A stretch of 64,000 nucleotides of DNA, taken from positions 181,541-245,540 of the forward strand of contig CAZXLF010000001.1 in NCBI GenBank assembly GCA_964642015.1. The letters run 5' to 3'. Under the pieces are notes generated by a model. It saw only the letters and a list, made by a program, of their open reading frames with translations, did not search any database and was not told the DNA's origin. A program made the translations under genes and the position numbers. Shown here in pieces: positions 40,255 through 48,821 of the stretch (positions are counted from its first letter, which is position 1; the number at the start of each line of letters is the position of its first letter). Source of the stretch: an uncultured Planctomycetia bacterium. GTDB lineage: Bacteria; Omnitrophota; Gorgyraeia; 2-02-FULL-51-18.

Positions 40255-41363
40255 TTTCTCCGAAGGAATTCGTCAAAGCCTGCCAATCCAGAGGTTTTTT
40301 ATGTTTTACCGGAGTGCCTTGCTCTTTTTTTCAGGCTGCGATCAATTACGTGATCGATGAGCCGTCACTGGACTACACGATCGTTCCGAACGAAGGTTCC
40401 GCTTTGGCATTGGCTTCTGGCGCTTACTTAGCGGGCAAACCGACCGTATTGATGATACAGAATTCCGGATTTGGAAATCTCGTCAATCCTCTCACATCTT
40501 TGAACATGATCTACAAGATTCCGGTGCTGATCTTTATCAGCGGTCGGGCGTATGGTATTCCTGATGAACCGCAGCATGAGGTTATCGGCAAAACGATGGG
40601 ACCGGTCCTTAAAGCGCTTGGTGTGAAGCATCAGGATATGCCGGATGATTTTTCTTCGTTCGAGGATGCGCTTGATGAAGCAGTGTCTTGGATGAAAAAA
40701 GAGAAACAGCCTTTTATATTTTTTGTGAGAAAGGGCAGCATTGACGATTATTCTCCGGCAAAGCGAAATGGATCCAAATATCCTCTAAAAAGGATCGAGG
40801 CGATCGATATCATATCCAAACATTTAAAAGGCGATGAGTTTGTGATCGCGACGACCGGAAAACCATCACGGGAACTTTTCAGCATTTCTGACCGTAGTAA
40901 AAATTTCTATATGCAGGGTTCGATGGGCCATGCGGCTTCGATAGGCCTGGGTGTTGCGCTTAATTCTCCGAAAAGCAAAGTGATAGTGTTAGATGGTGAT
41001 GGGGCGATCCTGATGCATATGGGAATACTCTCCTCAGTTGGACATTATAAGCCGAAGAATTTTTGTCATATTGTGCTTGATAATGAATCTTATGAGACAA
41101 CCGGCGATCAAGACACCACCTCCTCGACAACTGACCTGAGAGCAGCCGCAAAAGCTTGCGGTTATGCGATCGTTGAAGAAGCCGAGACAGAAAACAGTCT
41201 GAAGATCAAGCTTAAAAGAGTTTTGCAAGCCAAAGGGCCTGCGTTCCTACGCGTTAAGATCAATCGTCAGCCCACTTTAAATATCCCCCGCATTTCGTCC
41301 AAATACACTTCCGAGAATATCGCGGATAACTTCAAAGCGGACCTTGTCCGTTATTCCTCCTGA
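40251..41363 (+). CDS. ppd: phosphonopyruvate decarboxylase (TPP-dependent)
   Basis: 370 aa. N-terminal FLCFTGVPCSF, a TPP-binding GDGA motif (VLDGDGAILMHMG), and an ATGA overlap with pepM. Confidence 0.8.
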   Translation: MISPKEFVKACQSRGFLCFTGVPCSFFQAAINYVIDEPSLDYTIVPNEGSALALASGAYLAGKPTVLMIQNSGFGNLVNPLTSLNMIYKIPVLIFISGRAYGIPDEPQHEVIGKTMGPVLKALGVKHQDMPDDFSSFEDALDEAVSWMKKEKQPFIFFVRKGSIDDYSPAKRNGSKYPLKRIEAIDIISKHLKGDEFVIATTGKPSRELFSISDRSKNFYMQGSMGHAASIGLGVALNSPKSKVIVLDGDGAILMHMGILSSVGHYKPKNFCHIVLDNESYETTGDQDTTSSTTDLRAAAKACGYAIVEEAETENSLKIKLKRVLQAKGPAFLRVKINRQPTLNIPRISSKYTSENIADNFKADLVRYSS

Positions 41364-41490
41364 TTTAAGTCATTTAACTCTAGTCCGTTAGAGCAATTCA
41401 ATATTATTAAAAAATAATTGAACGAAAAATACCCCTATCGTCGTCTTATATAGCGGGTAAGTCAATGTCACTTATACAGGAGAGATAAAA

Positions 41491-41769
41491 ATGGCACTTA
41501 TCGATGTTGAGGTAGTAGATATTCGTAAGATCACAGGAGATGGGCATTTAAAAGCGTTTGCGGATGTGAAGATCGGCGGAAAGCTCGTCATTAAAGGTTT
41601 TTCCGTGATGCAAGGCAAGCGGGGTGTTTTTGTGTCGATGCCGAAAAAAGCGGGAAAGGATGGACGTTGGTTCGACATCCTGACGCCGTTGAGTGAGGAG
41701 TTGAAACAGGAATTCCAGGACAAAGTCCTTGAGGCGTATGACAAAGAAACTGACAGTGTGAAGGATTGA
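41491..41769 (+). CDS. spoVG: septation protein SpoVG
   Basis: DVKIGGKLVIKGFSVMQGKRG...FVSMP is the SpoVG signature. 92 aa. GGAGAG RBS. Confidence 0.9.
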   Translation: MALIDVEVVDIRKITGDGHLKAFADVKIGGKLVIKGFSVMQGKRGVFVSMPKKAGKDGRWFDILTPLSEELKQEFQDKVLEAYDKETDSVKD

Positions 41770-41772
41770 CCA

Positions 41773-42144
41773 ATGGAGAATGCATCGCAGACGCTCGGCG
41801 TTTTAGGCGAGGAGCTTGCAAGTTGTTATCTTTCATGGAAAGGCTACAAGATCCTTTTAAAGAATTATGAATGCGCTTTCGGTGAAATTGACTTGATCGC
41901 CAAAGAAAAGGGTGTATTGGTCTTTATCGAGGTAAAAACAAGAAGCTCATTGGATATGGGATCGCCGCTCGAGTCATTGACCTTTCACAAGAGGGCGCAG
42001 ATCGCAAAGTGTGCGCGATTTTACATGAAAAGATACGGCATAAAAGATCTATCGTGCCGTTTCGATGTGGTTTCTATTGTCATGTCTCCTGATAAAGAAC
42101 CGCAGATCGAGTTGATCGAGAACGCGTTCTACGAAGAGGGGTAG
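41773..42144 (+). CDS. yraN: YraN family endonuclease (UPF0102)
   Basis: [22 protein letters not shown] motif and ~120 aa. Confidence 0.8.
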   Translation: MENASQTLGVLGEELASCYLSWKGYKILLKNYECAFGEIDLIAKEKGVLVFIEVKTRSSLDMGSPLESLTFHKRAQIAKCARFYMKRYGIKDLSCRFDVVSIVMSPDKEPQIELIENAFYEEG

Positions 42145-42145
42145 C

Positions 42146-42376
42146 ATGCTGTCTCTTGTATTATCCAGCGCGGTGTTGGGGATAGACGCTTATCCTGTGG
42201 AGATCGAAGTGGATATTTCCAATGGCCTGCCTAAGTTCAATATCGTCGGCCTACCCGACGCAGCCTGCAGCGAAAGCGCAGATCGGGTAAGCGCCGCAAT
42301 AAAGAACAGCGGTTTTCCTCTTCCAGTGAAAAGAATCACCGTGAATCTTGCTCCGGCAGATCTTAAGAAGGAAGGA
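42146..42376 (+). pseudogene. comM: 5' fragment (codons 1-77) of comM/yifB (Mg-chelatase-like AAA+ ATPase), truncated by an insertion
   Basis: The ComM N-terminal Lon-like domain (..[17 protein letters not shown]) is conserved up to codon 77. Beyond that the frame continues as unrelated low-complexity sequence to a stop at 42502. The matching 3' part resumes at 54098. Confidence 0.75.
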
Positions 42377-42502
42377 GCGAGTAGTACAAAGCTCTCCTCG
42401 CCAACAGCACCCACCAAAATCTTGTTCTATCGTACCTGTCTTACGAAAGGAAGGGGCATATTTTACAAGGGCGTCCTTCCGTTCACACTGTCGCCATCCT
42501 GA

Positions 42503-44023
42503 TCAGAAACTGAAGTCCATCTCGAAAACGCCGTCGTTGAATACCCGCAAGACTTTCACGACAGCATTGACCATGTCCCGTTTTTGCTCATCGTTTGCGT
42601 ACTCAAAATTCTTCTCAAATTCACGAGCAAACAATTTGGCCTTATTTACGTCCGTTCTTTTTCTCATAACGTCTTCGATCTCAGCTTCAAGTTCCATAAT
42701 TTCTTGCTCAATACGAAGGCAGTCATCATCGAACTTCTTGATGCGAGCTGTCATTTCCTTGCCGTCAATTTCGCCTTCTTCAAATGATTGCCGCCATTTT
42801 TCCTTGTAACTCTCAACTTTTGACAGGTGTATTTTTCGATCTGCGATCTTCTTCTTCAAATCGTTGGTTTCTTTCAATGAAATCAGACTCATTTTTTCTT
42901 CCAGATACCCTGGTTGACTGACAATCAGCTTCAGATGCTCAATGACCGTAACAAGGTTATTCTGATCAAATTTATCATGACGATGACATTTCTTATGAAC
43001 GCACGCTTTCACGCCTTCCTTACGTCTTCGATTGCATGAATAATACCGCAGGTGGACAGGGGCGTGATGAGCAACCATCGCGGATTCACAGTGTCCGCAG
43101 ATAGCGCGATCTCTGAACAAGAAACCAGGAGACCGAACTGACCAGGCCAGCTTGTGGCCTTGATAATTCGTTTTCAGGAGAACCTGAACGCGGTTGAATG
43201 TTTCTATGTCGATTATGACGTCATGTGTTTGTCTGTCGTAAAGTTTCTTGTGCCGCTTTATGTACATTCTGCCCGTATACAACTGATTCTTGAGGATACG
43301 TCCAATTTGGCGTCGATCCAGTTTGATCGGTGGTTCAATACCTCTTCGTGCAAATTCTTTTTTTGTCTCCAACACCACACGTGAGATGCTTTTGAACTGA
43401 AGGTATGTCTTGAAGATAAAAACAACGATCTCAGCCGCTTCTGGAACAGCAACCAACATATGAGCAACCAATTTGAATCCGAAGGGAGGAGTTCCGCCAA
43501 TCCAGTTGCCATCCCGTTCAACCTTCTTCATTCGCCCGCCCAACAAACGATCTCTTCTTGTAACGTTGTCAAATTCCGCAAATATCGCAAGAAGTGCCAT
43601 GATCATCCGACCGATATGCGATCCTGTATCAAACGGCTCCGTGATGGAGCGGACAACCACACCGTACTGATCAAATTCTTCAATGAGCTTTACAAAATCT
43701 CGTAAACTTCGAGCAAGGCGGTCAATTTTCCATACGACGACCACGGAAACGCGACCCGCTTTGACCTGATGTCTGATATTGGTAAGACCAGGGCGGTCTG
43801 TATTCGTTCCTGTGCTTGCATCGAAAAAAATATCGGTCTCTTTCAATTCTCCATAATCTTGAGACGGCCACCATTTCTGAGCACTCTCTATTTGAACTTC
43901 GCGCGAAACCTTGTCTTCGTTGTCCTGAGGTAATGTGCTTACGCGCGGGTAGAACACGGCTCGCTTGAGAGCGTTCTTTGTACTTTGATTTCCTGCTATC
44001 TGCGGTGTCGCTTGTTTGAACAT
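42503..44023 (-). CDS. large serine recombinase (resolvase catalytic domain + recombinase domain + zinc-ribbon/coiled-coil)
   Basis: N-terminal AVFYPRVSTLPQ with the catalytic Ser context, plus a ...VKAGRVSVVVVWKIDRLARS motif. 506 aa with a C-terminal Cys-rich and coiled-coil region. Confidence 0.85.
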   Translation of the reverse strand: MFKQATPQIAGNQSTKNALKRAVFYPRVSTLPQDNEDKVSREVQIESAQKWWPSQDYGELKETDIFFDASTGTNTDRPGLTNIRHQVKAGRVSVVVVWKIDRLARSLRDFVKLIEEFDQYGVVVRSITEPFDTGSHIGRMIMALLAIFAEFDNVTRRDRLLGGRMKKVERDGNWIGGTPPFGFKLVAHMLVAVPEAAEIVVFIFKTYLQFKSISRVVLETKKEFARRGIEPPIKLDRRQIGRILKNQLYTGRMYIKRHKKLYDRQTHDVIIDIETFNRVQVLLKTNYQGHKLAWSVRSPGFLFRDRAICGHCESAMVAHHAPVHLRYYSCNRRRKEGVKACVHKKCHRHDKFDQNNLVTVIEHLKLIVSQPGYLEEKMSLISLKETNDLKKKIADRKIHLSKVESYKEKWRQSFEEGEIDGKEMTARIKKFDDDCLRIEQEIMELEAEIEDVMRKRTDVNKAKLFAREFEKNFEYANDEQKRDMVNAVVKVLRVFNDGVFEMDFSF

Positions 44024-44229
44024 TTTGGCAGTTCTGTCATTTCGTATTTTCTTTTTCGAGACGCTGTTGGATCACAGCAAGATACATCTGCCAGAAACGA
44101 TTCTCATTCATTGAAGTATCGTTGCCGTTTTTTTGATCCTGTTCTTCGCTGTTCTTTTCATTGTTTTCCATTATGGATACCACCACTTCTGATTCAATGA
44201 CTATCAAATGCTGAAAGGGTTTCGCGTTT

Positions 44230-45084
44230 TCATTTTTCTACTCGTCGATCCTTGCCTTTTACAGAACGAACGTCGCACATACCGACAATTCGACTGCTGA
44301 CGCGTTGGTCATATTGCTCGTCTATTGCCTCAAGTGGGAAGTTGGAAGTGATGATCGTCTGGCGTTCCCATGCCTCGCGTTCGTTGATCAAAAAATAAAT
44401 GCTCTGTTTGACGAAGTCAGTGGCTTTTTCCGTTCCGAGATCATCAATGACCAAATGCGGTACTTCGGCGCACCGTTTCAGGATACGGTAAGCACTTTCT
44501 TCCGATCCGTCCCGCCACGCCTCTTGAAGTTGCATTACAAATGCGGCAAATCCAATAAACCGCCACTGTTTATCGACTGGTTCAACCCTGATCCCGTCTT
44601 GTTCTGCCCAGAAGCGTAGCCATTCCCTGATTACCAGACCCGAAGCGACGCTTTTTCCTGCTCCTGTGCTTCCGTGGAGAAAAAGGCCGCGTGATCCTGG
44701 CCTTCCATATTGAAGTACCCAATCGCTTCCATCGAGCGGCTTGTCATACCTGACAAATGCTTTCGGTACACCGTACCCAGCAAGAAGGGAGGGAATCATC
44801 AAGAGGCGACCCTCTTTTGCTTTTGTAACTGCTTTCTTTTCGCAGTTTTTACACAAACCCTGCTCTGATGGCGGCGGTTCTTGCCGTTTTGCACAATCGC
44901 TACAATTCCACGGTCTTCGTGATCGCTCGAAATTTTGAGTTTCGATCCGCCTGATCGTGTCCTCCAGGTTTCCCTCCACGCTTTCCTCCGCTTGTAAGTT
45001 TGTTGATCTGAGACCAGAAGACTCCGATCGTATAACCTGCTTTTTTGACAAACTCGTCGTCTGAGCCAAAAAATCCAACGGCAT
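44230..45084 (-). CDS. DnaC/IstB-like AAA+ ATPase (helicase-loader-like) with N-terminal Cys4 zinc finger
   Basis: Walker A (GSTGAGKS), Walker B (LVIDDLGTE), and CSDC...CKNC. The 5' 185 bp overlap the upstream initiator ORF, so the true start is probably internal. Confidence 0.6.
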   Translation of the reverse strand: MPLDFLAQTTSLSKKQVIRSESSGLRSTNLQAEESVEGNLEDTIRRIETQNFERSRRPWNCSDCAKRQEPPPSEQGLCKNCEKKAVTKAKEGRLLMIPSLLAGYGVPKAFVRYDKPLDGSDWVLQYGRPGSRGLFLHGSTGAGKSVASGLVIREWLRFWAEQDGIRVEPVDKQWRFIGFAAFVMQLQEAWRDGSEESAYRILKRCAEVPHLVIDDLGTEKATDFVKQSIYFLINEREAWERQTIITSNFPLEAIDEQYDQRVSSRIVGMCDVRSVKGKDRRVEK

Positions 45085-45691
45085 ATTTCTTCAGGTTTTC
45101 TACGTCGAAGGTTCCGATCATCCGCTTGACGGTCGATGCGTCCTTTCCAGTCACCAGATATTTTTGACCGAACCGCGATTGGTACTCTTGAAACCACCAG
45201 TCTATAAAGTCTTTTATTCTTGAATCAGAAGTTGAAATTGAAGTTGAAGGTGAAGATGAATATGAAGGGGGCTTCTCGGAAGTGGGGAGAGTGTTATCCT
45301 TATGCTTATCCTGAAGGTTATCCCTGTGCTTATCCATCAACACGGGATTACCGCCTGTCATGCCGTATTCTTTCTTTCGCTGGCGCATCTCTTCGTCGCG
45401 TAGCATCCGACGGCTGAATAACACGCCCTGTTCGTCTCTTGAGAAGACCTTTTTATTCTCAAGTCCTCTCAAAAGACTCTCACATTGTTTTGCGGATGTT
45501 CCAACCATTCTGGCAAGTTCTCGGAGGGCGGGAGGATGGTCGCCGACAAGCAAATACCCCCTGCGCGGAGACTCGAACATGATCAGTATGATCTCCAGGC
45601 ATAAACCCCTCTCAGCAAGAGAGCAGGCGCGAATGGCTGGGTCTTTCAGCCAGTCTCCTGGGTAAAACTGAAACGCTGGTAACTTGCTCAT
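44900..45691 (-). CDS. putative replication initiation protein (DUF1376-like N-terminus, DnaD-like C-terminal region)
   Basis: N-terminal FQFYPGDWLKD motif, as in the phage/plasmid DUF1376 family. Positioned directly upstream of the DnaC-like gene. Confidence 0.45.
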   Translation of the reverse strand: MSKLPAFQFYPGDWLKDPAIRACSLAERGLCLEIILIMFESPRRGYLLVGDHPPALRELARMVGTSAKQCESLLRGLENKKVFSRDEQGVLFSRRMLRDEEMRQRKKEYGMTGGNPVLMDKHRDNLQDKHKDNTLPTSEKPPSYSSSPSTSISTSDSRIKDFIDWWFQEYQSRFGQKYLVTGKDASTVKRMIGTFDVENLKKYAVGFFGSDDEFVKKAGYTIGVFWSQINKLTSGGKRGGKPGGHDQADRNSKFRAITKTVEL

Positions 45692-46019
45692 TTGAACGCC
45701 CCTTATTTCAAAGCCAACCTTATCGAATAACCACCCAGATCATAGCACATGGTTTTCCGTAACTCGTTTACCTGTAACACCTTATAACAAGGTTTTGCAG
45801 GGTATAACGCCATGTTATTTTTGACTTTTTGTAACCTTCAGTATTTGAACAAGTTACGAAAATCGCGGTTTGTCGAATTACGAGGATTTGGGAGAGAAAA
45901 TTGTTTTTTTGTGCCTCTTGACATGATTTGAAAAACTGCTTTCAGGCGTGAAAAAAAGAGAGGTTTGAATAATTCGAAAAAGGGCTTCGGGGTAAGGGAA
46001 ATTTATCGAGAAGTTTGTT

Positions 46020-46646
46020 TCACAACAAAGGCAGGGCTTTTCGGATGGTCTGGTAAGATACGCGGCCGCTTCTTGGGGCATCCTTGTTATACCTTGTTTC
46101 AAGTTCTCTCAACGGAAGATGTCCGCTGGAAGAAAGGAGAGAGCGGAGTTTTTCAAGATCAACTGGCTTTCGTGGTCGCCCGCCGTGATATTGATGTTTT
46201 GCTTTCTTGATCTGGATTCCCTCGCGCACCCGAACACCGAGCATTTTTGAATAACTGTTCGCCATGTAAGCAAAGACCATCATCAGGATTTCCCACATTG
46301 GCTGATCGGAATCAATGGATTCTTTGAGACTGACAAATCGTGCGCCGTATGTATCGGTGATCCTGTGCAGGTCTGAGACAATCTGTGTTGGCTTCATGCG
46401 TGAAAACCGATCAAGCATATAGACAATGAGAACATTGAACTCTTTCAGGCGTATTCGTTCAAGCATCGATTCAAATATCGGACGCTTTTTGATACGGTAA
46501 GCTGACTCGTACTCAGAGAAAACTTCGTACGCCCAGCCCTGCGCCTGGCAGTATTTCATACAAGCATCAATCTGGCTTTGAACGTCCTGCTTTTCTTCGT
46601 TTGTGGAGCATCGGCAGTAAACAGCGACGTTTATCTTTGAGACCAT
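46020..46646 (-). CDS. small serine recombinase (resolvase/invertase family, N-terminal catalytic domain + C-terminal HTH)
   Basis: VAVYCRCSTNEEKQD...Q with the catalytic Ser, and an LIVYMLDRFSR motif. 208 aa. Confidence 0.85.
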   Translation of the reverse strand: MVSKINVAVYCRCSTNEEKQDVQSQIDACMKYCQAQGWAYEVFSEYESAYRIKKRPIFESMLERIRLKEFNVLIVYMLDRFSRMKPTQIVSDLHRITDTYGARFVSLKESIDSDQPMWEILMMVFAYMANSYSKMLGVRVREGIQIKKAKHQYHGGRPRKPVDLEKLRSLLSSSGHLPLRELETRYNKDAPRSGRVSYQTIRKALPLL

Positions 46647-47812
46647 CTCAATGCCTCCGCTTGATCAAGCTCTCTCAATTTGAATTTTTTGAACATCAAG
46701 TCTTCGATAATTTGCTGAATCTCTGGCCTGATCCGTTCCCACAGTCGCTTATCGTATGGCTGAATCCAGTCGGCGATGATCTCGCCGCCGAGAAGGGCTG
46801 ATTCACCGTGGAACCAGACACTTTGAAGTATCTTTTGGGGTATTTCCCTGTGCCGTGCCAGAAAGAATCGCTCCGCAATGCGGCCAATATGGGTGTGAAA
46901 GTCAATACAGAAGGGGTCTATTTCAGCCAACGGAAGCCGCTGGACGGCGTTTTCATCAATAGAGGGAAGAGTGATACCCTTCAAAGCGTAATCGCCTCGT
47001 TTGTATCTTATTGCGGCTGATAAAAGCAAAGCCGAATCGCTTTCCCAGAAAGTACCACCCACCACGCGATCAAGGCATTGTTTTACAACCGCGTCCTGAT
47101 CGTGTTGGAAAATCTCGTATATCTCCGCGTATCGCTTGTCCTTTGCCAACTTGAAAAGTTGAACCATCACGGCGACGTACTCTTGTTTATCGAGCAGATG
47201 ATATCTCAGCCATGTGGTGTCGGGTACGGTCGTATTTACCTGTGAAGCAAGAAGCCCTTCGGTCAGTTGCCAGCCGAGAGAACAAAGAGTTTTGTCTTTT
47301 GGTGCTTCTGCGATCACCGCCGTTACCTGCAAGAACTCTTTGAGACTCATGCCGTCATGGAAGAATTTCAGAACTTCTACCGCAGAGAAGGCATCCTCAA
47401 CGGCGATTATCTTGAGCCGTCTGATTGCTTGATCCTTACCGAGCAAAAATAGCGTCTTCGCCGCACGCACCGCCTTCTCGACCATCCCGCGCCTGATGTA
47501 TTTTTGAAGAGCCGATTTGTAAAGCCCGACCTTGCCTTGATAATCAAGATAAAATTCGCCAGGCAACTCACCGCTCATAACTCCGACTTCAAGCCAACCA
47601 ATCAATGTGCGCCGATTTTTCGATAACTTTTCAAGTTTGAGCAGGTCTTTCAGGTCTTCCGCTGTTACGCTCTCAATTTTGTCCATCTTGCGAAGCTCTT
47701 CTTGGATTACGGCGATGCTTTTTTTGAGTAGACCTTCCATGTCGTTGATTGTCATCAGACAGTCCTCGTGCGTATATTTGTTTTGATAATAAAAGTGTAT
47801 ACCGCTGATCAT
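46631..47812 (-). CDS. hypothetical protein with a helical domain resembling the MgsA/RarA C-terminal domain, but no ATPase motifs
   Basis: The segment YKSALQKYIRRGMVEKAVRAAKTLFLLGKDQAIRRLKIIAVEDAFS parallels the RarA C-terminal signature (SALQKSIRGSD.DAALYWLARM..GEDP.FIARRL.I.ASEDIG). No Walker A/B anywhere in the 393 aa. Confidence 0.35.
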   Translation of the reverse strand: MISGIHFYYQNKYTHEDCLMTINDMEGLLKKSIAVIQEELRKMDKIESVTAEDLKDLLKLEKLSKNRRTLIGWLEVGVMSGELPGEFYLDYQGKVGLYKSALQKYIRRGMVEKAVRAAKTLFLLGKDQAIRRLKIIAVEDAFSAVEVLKFFHDGMSLKEFLQVTAVIAEAPKDKTLCSLGWQLTEGLLASQVNTTVPDTTWLRYHLLDKQEYVAVMVQLFKLAKDKRYAEIYEIFQHDQDAVVKQCLDRVVGGTFWESDSALLLSAAIRYKRGDYALKGITLPSIDENAVQRLPLAEIDPFCIDFHTHIGRIAERFFLARHREIPQKILQSVWFHGESALLGGEIIADWIQPYDKRLWERIRPEIQQIIEDLMFKKFKLRELDQAEALRWSQR

Positions 47813-47846
47813 CTGATGGAAGGACTGACGGAAAAAATCGGCGAGG

Positions 47847-48359
47847 TTATTTCTTGTTTTCGTACGAAACGAGCACTCTCGGTTTCGCTATGATTTGCTC
47901 TGGGGCAACTTTTGCTATCGGAGGAATTGATTTTGAAACTTCGGCCTTTGGTTCATCGACACTCAACCCGACAGACAATCCGCTGAGTGTTTTCGGACTT
48001 GGATTCAGCGTTGTTCCGCCGCTTGATCGATTGGTTACAAAAGTCTGATGTGTTTCAGTGTCGCCAAGTGGTTTCGCGGAATATTCGATAATCCGTGTTC
48101 CGTCTGGCTTGGTATGGGCGTATGCGGTGTACGTTCCTGGCCGATTATCAATCGGAGCTTGCCAATCCCCATTCACAGGATCAGAAATGCCGTTGGCGAA
48201 GTGTCCGCTTTGGAATTTTTCAACTTGTTGGTTGAACCATGTCTGCGTCTTTTCATCCAGCTTTGGTAAATCGTCTGCCAGTACCAATGAAGACTTGAGA
48301 AGAATGATTGATGCGAAAAGTATTACGCGAAATCGGCTCATGGCAACTCCTTCCATCAA
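47847..48359 (-). CDS. hypothetical secreted protein (signal peptide, Pro/Thr/Ser-rich)
   Basis: N-terminal hydrophobic signal (RFRVILFASIILLKSSLVLA). No family recognised. The start may be the internal ATG (MSRF). Confidence 0.35.
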   Translation of the reverse strand: MMEGVAMSRFRVILFASIILLKSSLVLADDLPKLDEKTQTWFNQQVEKFQSGHFANGISDPVNGDWQAPIDNRPGTYTAYAHTKPDGTRIIEYSAKPLGDTETHQTFVTNRSSGGTTLNPSPKTLSGLSVGLSVDEPKAEVSKSIPPIAKVAPEQIIAKPRVLVSYENKK

Positions 48360-48416
48360 TGTGATGGTTTGATAATAAAAGTATACCGTGAGCTGTTCTG
48401 ACTGCCAGAGGAGGGT

Positions 48417-48821
48417 TTACTTTTTCAGGAAAAACATTACGACGAGCATTATCGCTATGAGCGAAATATAAAAAACGGAGAGCGTCTTTGAAAAAATGGC
48501 GCTCACCCAGCATGATGAATCTTTATTGGCGACGGCTGAAGCATCCATTGAGAAATCGATCTCTTCGATATTTTTTGTCCTCACAACATCGTGCAAATCT
48601 CGGAACATTCTTTCTTGGGAGAGATAAAAGCCATCGAGAATCCAGAAAACGAACACCGCTGCGTATGCGATGATAATGTATTTGTCATTCGCGTCTTTTG
48701 AGGCCAGAGCAAAAAGGGCAGAGACAAGGGTTATGCTCCAACCCTTGATCAAAAAAGAATTACCTGCCATCCTGCTGATTGTTTGCTGAATAAAATCCAG
48801 GTGTTTGAGCTTTCTTTCCAT
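48417..48821 (-). CDS. small 3-TM membrane protein, translationally coupled to the upstream TIR-like gene (candidate membrane effector)
   Basis: 134 aa. Hydrophobic helices at ~28-42, 52-71 and 112-131. Its start codon overlaps the stop of the TIR-like ORF by 1 nt. Confidence 0.5.
   Translation of the reverse strand: MERKLKHLDFIQQTISRMAGNSFLIKGWSITLVSALFALASKDANDKYIIIAYAAVFVFWILDGFYLSQERMFRDLHDVVRTKNIEEIDFSMDASAVANKDSSCWVSAIFSKTLSVFYISLIAIMLVVMFFLKK

Noticed and set aside
42348-42809. 153-aa + strand ORF and the tail of the 42146-42502 ORF extending past codon 77 of comM
   Set aside because: Read-through of the truncated comM frame into island sequence and the antisense strand of the recombinase gene. 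Low-complexity translation with no homology.
44799-45197. 132-aa - strand ORF overlapping both the initiator and DnaC-like genes
   Set aside because: Alternative frame inside two better-supported genes, with an Arg/Lys-rich low-complexity translation.
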